Below the pieces are notes generated by a model. It was not told where the DNA came from and did no database searches. It was given only the letters and a program-made list of their open reading frames with translations. Shown in pieces: positions 28,780 through 37,639 of a stretch of DNA of 64,000 nt (position 1 is the first letter of the stretch; every line of letters starts with the position of its first letter). The translations under genes and the position numbers were made by a program. Source of the DNA: Gemmatimonadota bacterium (GTDB lineage: Bacteria > Gemmatimonadota > Gemmatimonadetes > Palauibacterales > KS3-K002); contig JBDHJS010000001.1 in NCBI GenBank assembly GCA_039586795.1, positions 138,328 through 202,327 on the forward strand, read 5' to 3'.

Positions 28780-31056
28780 TCAGTGTCCAGCCCGCGCCCA
28801 CGCTACAACTGCCTGTCCCAGAGATATGCCGCCATCGTTGGGCGGCACCTGCCGGTGGGTGAAGACCTCGAAGCCGGCGTCGTCCAGACCGTCGACCATC
28901 AGGCGCGTCAGCAGCGAACTCTGGAAACAGCCTCCGCTCAGCATCACGCGATTGAGCTTGTGCTTGTCGCGGATCAGCTTGCATGTGTCGAGGGTGAAGG
29001 ATGCCACGGTGTTGTGGAAGGCGTTGCTGATCCACTTCACGGGTCGTCCAGCTCGATACTCACACCAGAGGGCGCGCAACGTGGCGGCGGGGTCGATGAC
29101 CCAGCCGTCACCTTCGCGGATGATGTCGTAGGGGAAGTAATCATCCCCCTGCGGGTCGGCGATGGCTTCCAATTCGACGGCTGGCTGGCCTTCGTACTCC
29201 GCCTCGCGGCGCAAATCCAGCAGCGCGGCCGCGGCGTCGAAGAGCCGACCGCATGACGAGGTGAGCGGCATGTTGATCTCCGCGTCAAACTGCCGCCTCA
29301 AGATGATGCGCTCGCCGATGGGGATCGAATCGATGAAGGGCCTGAATTCGGTTTCCGGGATGCCACGACAGAGGCTCCAGATGTAACCCGCCGCCATCCG
29401 GTACGGCTTCTTGATCGCAGCCTCACCGCCGAGCATCGGAGCGTACTTCAAATGCGCCACACGCTCGAAGCCCTTCCAATCCGCGACCAGCAGTTCACCG
29501 CCCCACACAGCGCCGTCCGTACCGTAGCCTGTTCCGTCGAACGCGATCCCAATAACAGGCTCGCTGATTCCGTGCTCGGCCATCACGCTGACGATATGCG
29601 CGTGATGGTGCTGCACGGCGACCCGTAGCGCCTGGCCAGCCGGGTAGTCGTAGGCAACGCGCGTCGACAAGTAGTCGGGGTGCGAGTCGTGGGCGATGAC
29701 CTGCGGCTCGACTCTGAACAGATTTCGATACGTCTCGAGCGCCGAATGAAAGTGTTCAAGTGTCTCGAGGTTTTCGAGGTCGCCGATGTGCTGGCTTAGA
29801 AAGGCCTTGGAGCCTTTGACGAGACAGAACGTGTTCTTCTGTTGAGCGCCTACGGCAAGAACATCCTGCGACGACTCAAAGGGCAGGTCGATTGGCGCAG
29901 GTGCATAGCCACGCGCTCGACGAATCGGTACGACGGCATCGCCCAGGCTTCGCACCACGGAGTCATCGTAGCGGGCGTGAATGTCCCGGTCGTGGAGCAA
30001 GAACTCATCGGCGATTTCGCCGAGTCGCTCAATCGCCTCCTGGTTGCCGATGGCAATCGGTTCCTCGCTAAGGTTGCCGCTCGTCATCACCACGGGGCCA
30101 TCCATCGCCCGCATCAGCAGATGGTGCAGCGGTGTATAAGGAAGCATGACGCCCAGGGTATCCAGGCCGTAAGCGACGTCCTCGGCAATTCCTGTATCGC
30201 GTCGTCGCTTAATCAGCACGATGGGGCGCTCGCGGCTTTCCAGCGCCTGCAACTCGGCGGGACGGACCTTGCACAGACGTTTCGCCCACGCGGCATCGGG
30301 CACCATAAGGGCGAATGGCTTTCCAAATCGTCGCTTACGATTCCGAAGCTCGGCGACCGCCTCCGCGTTCATTGCGTCGCAGGCCAACTGGTAGCCGCCC
30401 AATCCCTTGATCGCAACGATTTGGCCGTTCTTCAGGCAATCGACGCAAGCCTCGATGACGTCCTTCGACGCCGCTTCGGTGTCAGTACCTCCGCTAAGCC
30501 AGATCTTCGGCCCGCAGACCGGGCACGCCACGGGCTGCGCGTGGAATCTTCGGTCCTGCGGATCCTCGTATTCGCGACGGCAATCCTCGCACATAACGAA
30601 CCCACGCATTGTGGTTCGTCTGCGATCGTAGGGGAGTTTCTCGATGATCGTGAAGCGAGGACCGCAGTGCGTGCAGTTGGTGAACGGATAGCGATAGCGC
30701 CGTTCGGACACATCTAGCGTTTCGGCAAGGCAATCGTCGCAGGTCGCGCTGTCCGGTGGAATCGACTGCCAGCCCTCGTCCTCGGTGCTCTCGACGATCT
30801 CGAAGGTGGCATAGCCGTGAAATGTCTTGTTCTCGCTGAGGATTTCGTCAATCCGACACAGAGGAGGAGCGTCCGCGCGAAGTCCTTCTAGAAACGCCCG
30901 CAGCGCGCCTTCATCGCCGTCCAACTCGATTTCCACCTGGGCATTCGTGTTTCGGACCCAGCCGGTCAGGCCGTGACGTTTGGCCAGCTGGTAGATGAAG
31001 GGGCGGAAGCCAACGCCCTGGACGATCCCGCGGACGCGGACACTCAGTCCTTGCAC
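28780..31056 (-). CDS. hypF: Carbamoyltransferase HypF
   Basis: GIVQGVGFRPF acylphosphatase domain, Zn fingers (CDDC...CTHCGPR; CEDC...CPVCGP), QHHHAH, DGTGYG, PPNDGGISLGQ. Confidence 0.97.
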   Translation of the reverse strand: MQGLSVRVRGIVQGVGFRPFIYQLAKRHGLTGWVRNTNAQVEIELDGDEGALRAFLEGLRADAPPLCRIDEILSENKTFHGYATFEIVESTEDEGWQSIPPDSATCDDCLAETLDVSERRYRYPFTNCTHCGPRFTIIEKLPYDRRRTTMRGFVMCEDCRREYEDPQDRRFHAQPVACPVCGPKIWLSGGTDTEAASKDVIEACVDCLKNGQIVAIKGLGGYQLACDAMNAEAVAELRNRKRRFGKPFALMVPDAAWAKRLCKVRPAELQALESRERPIVLIKRRRDTGIAEDVAYGLDTLGVMLPYTPLHHLLMRAMDGPVVMTSGNLSEEPIAIGNQEAIERLGEIADEFLLHDRDIHARYDDSVVRSLGDAVVPIRRARGYAPAPIDLPFESSQDVLAVGAQQKNTFCLVKGSKAFLSQHIGDLENLETLEHFHSALETYRNLFRVEPQVIAHDSHPDYLSTRVAYDYPAGQALRVAVQHHHAHIVSVMAEHGISEPVIGIAFDGTGYGTDGAVWGGELLVADWKGFERVAHLKYAPMLGGEAAIKKPYRMAAGYIWSLCRGIPETEFRPFIDSIPIGERIILRRQFDAEINMPLTSSCGRLFDAAAALLDLRREAEYEGQPAVELEAIADPQGDDYFPYDIIREGDGWVIDPAATLRALWCEYRAGRPVKWISNAFHNTVASFTLDTCKLIRDKHKLNRVMLSGGCFQSSLLTRLMVDGLDDAGFEVFTHRQVPPNDGGISLGQAVVAWARAGH

Positions 31057-31057
31057 G

Positions 31058-31729
31058 CTAGGTGCTCCGTCTACTCTCCTCGATTCTCTCCGTCAGCCAG
31101 TTCTGCCACTCGTCCAAGCCAGCTCCAGAAAACGATGAGGTTGAGAATACTCTCAGGTCAGGATTAACCGATCGAGCGTTCTCGATCGCCGCATCCGCGG
31201 AGAACTGCAGGTGCGGAATTAGATCCGTCTTGGTCAAGATGAAGGCGCTGGCCCTCTTGAACGCCGCGGGATACTTGAGAGGCTTGTCCTCGCCTTCGGT
31301 TACGCTCATCAACACAACCTTCACCGATTCGCCAAGGTCGAACGAAGATGGGCAGACCAGATTGCCCACATTCTCTATGAAGAGAAGATCCAGCCGGTCA
31401 CGATCGATGGCCTCGAGGGATCGCGTAACCTGTTCAGCGTTCAAGTGGCAGCCGCCTCCCGTCTCGATTGCTTCCACAGGCACCCCGTGACGTATCAATC
31501 GCTCGGCATCATTGCGCGTCTGGACGTCACCCGCCACGACCGCCAGCCGCAGGTGGTCTTTAAGCCCATCGATGGTCTTTTCGAGCAATGTCGTCTTTCC
31601 CGACCCCGGCGACGAAATCATGTTGATGCAGAAGATGCCCCGAGCCGTAAGGTCACCACGGATGTGCTCGGCCAGCTGATCGTTGGCACTAAGGACCTTC
31701 TGTTTGACGTCCACGCGCTCGGCGCTCAT
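31058..31729 (-). CDS. hypB: Nickel-incorporation GTPase HypB
   Basis: SSPGSGKTTLLE, TGGGCHL, ENVGNLVCP, EGEDKPLKYP. Confidence 0.97.
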   Translation of the reverse strand: MSAERVDVKQKVLSANDQLAEHIRGDLTARGIFCINMISSPGSGKTTLLEKTIDGLKDHLRLAVVAGDVQTRNDAERLIRHGVPVEAIETGGGCHLNAEQVTRSLEAIDRDRLDLLFIENVGNLVCPSSFDLGESVKVVLMSVTEGEDKPLKYPAAFKRASAFILTKTDLIPHLQFSADAAIENARSVNPDLRVFSTSSFSGAGLDEWQNWLTERIEESRRST

Positions 31730-31735
31730 CGCGTC

Positions 31736-32074
31736 TCACTCCACTTCCAGGTAGCTGACCTGCAGGGTTTGGCCCCCCGACACACCTTGCGCCACAGCCT
31801 TGCACTCCGGGCACTCGAACGGAGCGCGCAGAACCTCGAAACGCAGGCCGCACTCCAGACACGCTGCCAGGCCCGGTTCGCGCTCGATCTCCAGATGCAC
31901 ATCGCCAAAGCGATCCTTGAGCACAACGTCCAGGCAGAACCTGAGCGATTCCACCTCGACACCAGAGAAGACGCCGACCACAACGCCCAACGCCGTCATG
32001 CGGGTCTCGGACGCCTTGGCCAGCTCCCCCTCGCAGATCGAGCCGATTTCCAGGGCCAGCGACATCTCGTGCAC
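31736..32074 (-). CDS. hypA: Nickel metallochaperone HypA
   Basis: MHEMSLA, two CxxC (CLEC, CPEC). Confidence 0.95.
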   Translation of the reverse strand: MHEMSLALEIGSICEGELAKASETRMTALGVVVGVFSGVEVESLRFCLDVVLKDRFGDVHLEIEREPGLAACLECGLRFEVLRAPFECPECKAVAQGVSGGQTLQVSYLEVE

Positions 32075-32099
32075 GCGATCACCTTAGTAAGATTGGCCC

Positions 32100-32165
32100 G
32101 CAAGGGTCAGGCCGCTGAGCGGCGGAAACCCAGGTGCTGTAAACCCTTGCTGTTAAAAGAAATAT
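32100..32165 (-). promoter_or_regulatory. sigma54-type promoter of hypA with upstream IHF-like AT-rich site
   Basis: Minus strand CGGCCTGACCCTTGC (GG-N10-GC, 32114-32100); CAA-N4-TTA near 32139-32150. Confidence 0.55.
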
Positions 32166-32226
32166 GGATTCTCGTTCGCGGCCACGACAACCCCGGTGCG
32201 GCGGGGCGGGACATTCCGCGACGCGG

Positions 32227-32967
32227 CTAGCCCCGCAGGAACCACTGGAAGCCGATCATCGCCAGTAGCGAGGCGGTGACCGCGGTGGCGACGGTACGAC
32301 TGGGGGCGTCCGCCAGGGCTTCTGGGATCAGCTCGGCGAAGCTCATCCAGATCATGGCGCCGGCGGCGAATCCGAGCCCCACCGGCAGGACGGTGGCAAA
32401 CGCAGCGACGAAAAGGAATGCGGGCACCGCCAACAGAGGCTGTGGAAGACTCGAGAAGATGCTCCAGGCGGCGGCCCGTCGCACCGGTTCGCCGCGTGGT
32501 ACGAGCACGAGGCTGATGGCGAGTCCTTCGGGAATATTGTGCACCGCGATGGCCGTCGTGATGAAGACGCCGAGGGCCTCTCCACCGCCGAAGGATACGC
32601 CGACGCCTACGCCTTCGGTGAACGAGTGCACGGTCATCACGCCGATGATGAGCAGAGCCCGGCCGGCATCGACGCCTCGCAGCGTGCCAAGCTGCAGCTC
32701 GCCGTGGCCGTGGAGCCAACGCGTGCTCGAGGCGATGAATGCCACGCCCAACAGCGCACCAGCAATCACCCTCATCAGACCCGCATTCAAACCCTCGTAG
32801 ATGAGGCCGAAGCTGGCAGCGATCATCAGGCCGGCGGCTACGGAGTTAGCCATTGCCAGCCACGTCCGGGTCATGCGCGGCAAGAAGAGGAATGGCACGG
32901 CCCCGAGCCCCGTGGCGAGCGCCGTTACGACGGCGAAGATGAAGACAGTTAGGGGTGTGATTGGCAT
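32227..32967 (-). CDS. ZIP family metal transporter (ZupT/GufA-like)
   Basis: MTVHSFTEG, IAVHNIPEG, GFAAGAM...ELIPE. Confidence 0.92.
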   Translation of the reverse strand: MPITPLTVFIFAVVTALATGLGAVPFLFLPRMTRTWLAMANSVAAGLMIAASFGLIYEGLNAGLMRVIAGALLGVAFIASSTRWLHGHGELQLGTLRGVDAGRALLIIGVMTVHSFTEGVGVGVSFGGGEALGVFITTAIAVHNIPEGLAISLVLVPRGEPVRRAAAWSIFSSLPQPLLAVPAFLFVAAFATVLPVGLGFAAGAMIWMSFAELIPEALADAPSRTVATAVTASLLAMIGFQWFLRG

Positions 32968-33075
32968 GACTTGGATTCACCTGCGATCCGGGTCACTGTC
33001 AGGCTTCGGGGGGATACGGCAAAGGCGCGCCCCCGCAAACCGGGAGCGCGCCATGACGCCAACTCGTCTCTTCGC

Positions 33076-33465
33076 CTAGGCTGGACTGTGGCAGAGCGTG
33101 CAGTATTGATTGTCCCTGCCCTCGTGGTCCGCCGGCGGAGGTTTTACACCGCCATCCGTGTGGCACATGGAGCAACTTTCCTGCCCCTCCACGGCGTGGG
33201 GCATGGCAGGGGGTGCGGTCGTCTGCACCGCGGCATCCGTCGCGTGACACCACAGGCAAACGTCAACAGGCATGCCCTTGTGCGCCTCAGGGGCCGGCTT
33301 CATGCCGCCCTCGGGATTGTGGCACATCAGGCATTGCTCCTGCCCCTCCACCGCGTGTGCCATAGCCGGCGGCGTTACCCATCCCTCCTGCCAGGCGAAG
33401 GCGCCAAGAAACGCGATCGCCGCCAGCAGAACCAGTGAGAAAGCAAACGAACGTTTGTGGTTCAT
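33076..33465 (-). CDS. Small periplasmic tetraheme cytochrome c built from two diheme repeats
   Basis: Signal peptide; CLMCH, CLWCH, CSMCH, CTLCH; PPAM.HAVEGQE.C.MCH present twice. Confidence 0.88.
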   Translation of the reverse strand: MNHKRSFAFSLVLLAAIAFLGAFAWQEGWVTPPAMAHAVEGQEQCLMCHNPEGGMKPAPEAHKGMPVDVCLWCHATDAAVQTTAPPAMPHAVEGQESCSMCHTDGGVKPPPADHEGRDNQYCTLCHSPA

Positions 33466-33804
33466 GTTTCGCTCCCTTGTTAAACCACAGTATAAGACAC
33501 TTCGGGCGCGCACGAGTTTCCTCTGACCACTGCCTATGCCTGCGAAACCTTAGGTGTGTTGACCTTTTCAGGCAAGGGGCAAGTGGCCGAAACACAATAA
33601 CTGTTACAAATAGTCACATGTGTGGCAGAATAGCGACCCCGAGGGAGTCTCTATGACAGGCCAGGCATAGACCAATGAAAAACCGAAACTCAAGTCCGCT
33701 CGCTCGCCCACACTGTCGTCCTCTCTCACACTGCTCGGAGAAGAACAACGCCCGGCTCCATCACTCTACAAGCGGGTGCTGGGCATATCGATAGGTTCGC
33801 GGTT

Positions 33805-35019
33805 CTACTCGCTGTTCTGCAGACTCTGCAGAAAGGCGGAGATGTCGGCGAGGTCTTCAGCCGAAAGTTGGGGCCAAGCGGTCTCCTGCAGATCCGGCGC
33901 GGCATCCATGATGACCGCGTGGTTCCACAGCATCGCTATGGCATCCGCCGGCGACTCGAGGCCAGTGAGCTGTGTGAAGTCGGTGGCGCTGATTCCGCCC
34001 GTTCCCTGGAGCGAGTGACAGCCAAGACATCCCTTGTCGCGAAGCGTCTGCGCTCCGCGCTCGTCGTCACCCGGCTCCGCGAAGTACTCGACGGAGTAGA
34101 GATAGGCGACGAGGTCGGCCATCTCGACGGCGCCGACTTGTGGAAGGCTCAACCCCTTCTGACGGGCTGCTGCCTGCATCTGCGCCCGTTTGTTCCACAT
34201 CGCGGCAGCGAATTCCGTGAGGCCCCACTGACGTCCCTGGGCCGCCAGGTCGGGCGCAACGTAGCCGCCCACGCCCTGAACGGCATGGCATTCGTCGCAG
34301 CGCTTCTCCGCGAAAACGACCCTGCCCGATTGTGCGCGGCCGGGCAGGACGTAGAGTCTTCCCTCGATAGGAACGGTCGAGACGGACTGCAGGTAGGCGA
34401 TTAGATCGAGGATATCCGATCCTTCGAACATCGGCCGCTCAACGCCGGTGAGCTCCATGGCCTGGCTCATCATGGCGCTGTGGTTCCACATGGAGGCGGC
34501 AGCGATGATCGGTGAGCCATAGCGACCGAAGTGGTCGAGCTCCGGGCCGGCGTCGCCGCCGTAATCGCCGATTCGGTGACAGACGAAGCATTTCTTTTCC
34601 GTGTAGAGCTTCTTGCCGGCCGTCACGTCGCCCGGTGCATCGAAGTAGTCGAGGGTAAAGAGAAAACCGATGAGGTCGTCCGCCTCGTCGGCATTGAGCT
34701 CAGGGTATTGTATCCCCTGGACTCTCATACCGTCGACCATGGCGGGCAGATGATTCCAGACATTCGCCGCCAACTCGTAAAACGAGCGTCTTCGGGGGAT
34801 GCGGGCCAGATCGGGCGCCGACGTGCCGCCGATCCCGTTCACGGCATGACAGCGGATGCAGCCTTTGGACTCAAAGACCTCCGAACCCGCAAGAGGATCC
34901 TGCATTGGCTCCGTCGCCTGCCCAACTGCGACCCGAGGAGTCAACAAGACACCCAGGCCAGAGCCCAATGCGAAGATCGTGGCGTTGGATCTGATAAAAC
35001 GGGAAAGAACGGTAACCAT
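33805..35019 (-). CDS. Cytochrome c with four tandem class I monoheme domains
   Basis: CIRCH, CFVCH, CDECH, CLGCH, each in a G..VF..K.C..CH....G...APDL...A..MWN(H)..M...DL..YL type repeat. Confidence 0.88.
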   Translation of the reverse strand: MVTVLSRFIRSNATIFALGSGLGVLLTPRVAVGQATEPMQDPLAGSEVFESKGCIRCHAVNGIGGTSAPDLARIPRRRSFYELAANVWNHLPAMVDGMRVQGIQYPELNADEADDLIGFLFTLDYFDAPGDVTAGKKLYTEKKCFVCHRIGDYGGDAGPELDHFGRYGSPIIAAASMWNHSAMMSQAMELTGVERPMFEGSDILDLIAYLQSVSTVPIEGRLYVLPGRAQSGRVVFAEKRCDECHAVQGVGGYVAPDLAAQGRQWGLTEFAAAMWNKRAQMQAAARQKGLSLPQVGAVEMADLVAYLYSVEYFAEPGDDERGAQTLRDKGCLGCHSLQGTGGISATDFTQLTGLESPADAIAMLWNHAVIMDAAPDLQETAWPQLSAEDLADISAFLQSLQNSE

Positions 35020-35145
35020 GATCCCCCCAGCGGTCTCGACGGCGCGGGGCTGGGTCTGAGGCGGCCCGCTTGCCGTCGCGGTGAGTGGTTCCGTAGGTAT
35101 ATACGAAATTAAGGCGTTGTTGGTTTGGGAGCCAGCAATTGATGT

Positions 35146-35180
35146 GAAAAGTCGCCGGACGCGACTGGCGTCCGGCGACT
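35146..35180 (-). terminator. Rho-independent terminator after the nonaheme gene
   Basis: 13-bp stem AGTCGCCGGACGC/GCGTCCGGCGACT followed by TTT on the minus strand. Confidence 0.75.
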
Positions 35181-35206
35181 CGCTTGTGCCTCTAGATTCT
35201 CGTACG

Positions 35207-36055
35207 CTATCCGCCCGGATTGAGCGGATCGCCGAAGTGGCAAAGGCCACAGAACGCAGGGTTCTTGTTCTGAAGCTTCTGAGCGTCGAATCCAGGGCCG
35301 TGGGGGTTGATGCGGCGGCCGAGCTTGGCCGAATGGCACTGCAGACAATACTGCTGCGCGTGGCACGCCTGGCAGCTTTCCAGACCCTGCCTTGCCGCCT
35401 GCCCATGACCGAACTCGAAGCCTCCGTTCCTGTTGTGGTATCCAGTGTTCGTCCTCAGGTCTCTGCTCGCCCGACCGAGCCCCGAGTGACACTCCAGACA
35501 AAAAGCCTGCGGGTTATGGCAGCTGGCGCATTCCGTTTCCTGATTGAACGCCGCTGTCGCGTGGTTCTGCATGAAGTTGAACGGGTGGTATAGATCGACG
35601 TCACGCCGCTGTGAGGCGGCCCGCGGCCGCTCCAGCGTCTCGGCGCCCAGGTGGCAAACCTGGCACTGCTGCTCGACCACGTGACACACGGCGCAGCTTC
35701 CGGTGGCCGAGGCCGCCAGTGCGCGGTGGTCATCAAGGAAGAACAGGGTGTGACTCGGCGGGGCCGGGAACGTCAGGCCCGCGACATAATCCGCTACCGC
35801 CGGATCCGAGTTCAGTGCCTGAATCTCCGGCACATCCTGAGCGTTGACATGACAGCCGCTACAATACTCACGAGCATGGCAGACCGAACACATCTGGATA
35901 TTGGATTGGGCCTGTCCGCCGTGCGCCGATAAGAATTCGGCGGTCTGGTGGTTTTCCGGCTTAGGCATCTGCCCGGTCTGCGCGAGTCCGAGCTGGACCG
36001 TCGCCGCCACCAGCAGAGCCGCTAGTGTCGCAGAGAAAGTAGCACGGTGCCTCAC
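35207..36055 (-). CDS. Periplasmic nonaheme cytochrome c
   Basis: Signal peptide (GLA-Q); 9 CxxCH, mostly in CxxCH-N4/5-CxxCH pairs; start overlaps the porin stop (GTGA). Confidence 0.9.
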   Translation of the reverse strand: MRHRATFSATLAALLVAATVQLGLAQTGQMPKPENHQTAEFLSAHGGQAQSNIQMCSVCHAREYCSGCHVNAQDVPEIQALNSDPAVADYVAGLTFPAPPSHTLFFLDDHRALAASATGSCAVCHVVEQQCQVCHLGAETLERPRAASQRRDVDLYHPFNFMQNHATAAFNQETECASCHNPQAFCLECHSGLGRASRDLRTNTGYHNRNGGFEFGHGQAARQGLESCQACHAQQYCLQCHSAKLGRRINPHGPGFDAQKLQNKNPAFCGLCHFGDPLNPGG

Positions 36056-37563
36056 GGTGTCCTCCCGGGTTCAGAACCAAGGTAGTAAGAAAAGCCAACA
36101 GCGCTGCGCCACTGGCTCCAGTCCTGGATGGCCTGGTCGCCGCGATTGTCGTGATCGTAGCGGTCGACGGAGAACCAGACCGTACCCTGCCGTGTCCGCC
36201 AGCGGAGGTCAAGACCCAAGCCCCACACTCGACCCTGGTTCAGCCGAAACTCCTCCAACTGCTGCCAGGCGCTGAATCGCCCACCCAGCGTAAGCTGGTC
36301 GTGGGGCTTCATGGCGACGCGAAGATCGCCCGAGTTGAGGGCGGCGCCGAACCCATGGTTTCGCCAGTACCCGCCGTCGAATGACCACATCTCGTTCAGA
36401 ACCCAGGTCCCCCGAATCCCGAATCGATAGTCGCGGTCGGTAGTCGTGAAGAAGGCCACCTCGGCGTCCGTCTCTTCGTACTGTCTCCGCTCCAGCCAGA
36501 GCTTGAAGCTTAGATTCGGCAAAGGCCTGATCGCGGTGGACAGGTTCCAGCCGTTGTAAGCGACCGGGCTGAAGGCGTACCAGATTTCCTGGAGGCTGAA
36601 GACCGGCCGGTAACGCAGGTAGCCGCCCTCAGCGTAGAACATCGGGTTGATCTGCCACCCGGCTCTCAATCCCGCCTTGCCCCAATCGCCGTAAGCCAGA
36701 TCGTAGTCGGCGTGGCCCAGCAGAGAGACCGCCGGAATAACGTACCAGCTTCCCTCGAAACCGATCCGCTCCGTGGCGATATAGTCGCTCTGGCCGGTGT
36801 ACTGGCGTTGGTAGACGACCTGCAGCGACGAGCTGGTCGAGGGCCGCGCCGACGCCCTCAGCCCGATCAGCCAGCCGTTGTCACTTGGCTTCAGGTCGCC
36901 GAGCGGATCGAAAATGCTGGAGTTGATCGGCACGGGTATGCCGCGCGCCAGAGCTCGTCCGCCGTACAGCTCGACCTGGGTCCACCACGGGTTGAAGCGG
37001 ACGAGTGCCGAGCCTCCGTCATAGCCGAAGAAGCCGAGGCCATTGACGGTGTAGTCCCGGCCCAGCCGGAACCGATACTGTCTACGGTTGAGCTCCGCAT
37101 AAGCGTTTAGCACGGCGACTTCCGGCTCGACTGGCCAGAAGTTCTCGTCTGCGCCGAACGCGGTCTGAAAGCGCGTGTTCGCGTAGAACCGCAGGCCCTC
37201 CACACCGAATCCGAAAACGTTGAGATCGGCGTCGAGCACTGATGGGTAAGTCTTCAGTGTCGGACCCGATCCGTAGTAGTAGCAGTACTCCGAGCCTGTG
37301 GGACACGTGACGAAGATGTTATCTGCCTTGAAGCGACCGTCGTTGGTAACTCGGACATCACTGATCGGCACGCTGTCACGCTGGAGCGACTGCCCTTCGA
37401 CATACTGTACTCGTGAGGAGATGCGCATTCGCCACTGCTGCGCCTGGAGCGCCGATGCGCTCCAGAGGCACCAGGCAACGGCGACGCCGGTGAACGCGAC
37501 CGCTGTTCTCGTGAACCGCAGTCGGGTCCCGGCACACCTCGATGCTTGGCCTGAGACCCTCAC
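36052..37563 (-). CDS. Outer-membrane beta-barrel protein (putative cytochrome-conduit porin)
   Basis: Signal peptide (LQA-Q); ~460-aa mature chain of aromatic/Gly-rich alternating strands (FRLGR, FDGGYW, GLGLDLRW, AVGFSYYLG); lies between multiheme genes. Confidence 0.78.
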   Translation of the reverse strand: MRVSGQASRCAGTRLRFTRTAVAFTGVAVAWCLWSASALQAQQWRMRISSRVQYVEGQSLQRDSVPISDVRVTNDGRFKADNIFVTCPTGSEYCYYYGSGPTLKTYPSVLDADLNVFGFGVEGLRFYANTRFQTAFGADENFWPVEPEVAVLNAYAELNRRQYRFRLGRDYTVNGLGFFGYDGGSALVRFNPWWTQVELYGGRALARGIPVPINSSIFDPLGDLKPSDNGWLIGLRASARPSTSSSLQVVYQRQYTGQSDYIATERIGFEGSWYVIPAVSLLGHADYDLAYGDWGKAGLRAGWQINPMFYAEGGYLRYRPVFSLQEIWYAFSPVAYNGWNLSTAIRPLPNLSFKLWLERRQYEETDAEVAFFTTTDRDYRFGIRGTWVLNEMWSFDGGYWRNHGFGAALNSGDLRVAMKPHDQLTLGGRFSAWQQLEEFRLNQGRVWGLGLDLRWRTRQGTVWFSVDRYDHDNRGDQAIQDWSQWRSAVGFSYYLGSEPGRTP

Positions 37564-37593
37564 AATGTCCTCCCGGTACCTGGTTTATCGGTT

Positions 37594-37620
37594 CCCGGTC
37601 CGCGCGGTGCGCGGACCGGG
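37594..37620. other. Intercistronic 12-bp hairpin
   Basis: CCCGGTCCGCGC-GGT-GCGCGGACCGGG; related hairpin at 39310-39342. Confidence 0.7.
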
Positions 37621-37639
37621 CAATTTCGTGCATCTCCTG

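Noticed and set aside
33602..33618. CRP/FNR/Rex-like site TGTTA-N7-TCACA upstream of the tetraheme gene
   Set aside because: Spacer is 7 rather than 6 and one arm is mismatched; too weak to call
35020..35406. Apparent overlap of the four-domain cytochrome ORF with the nonaheme gene
   Set aside because: The extension crosses a terminator; a signal-peptide-like start at 35019 is more plausible
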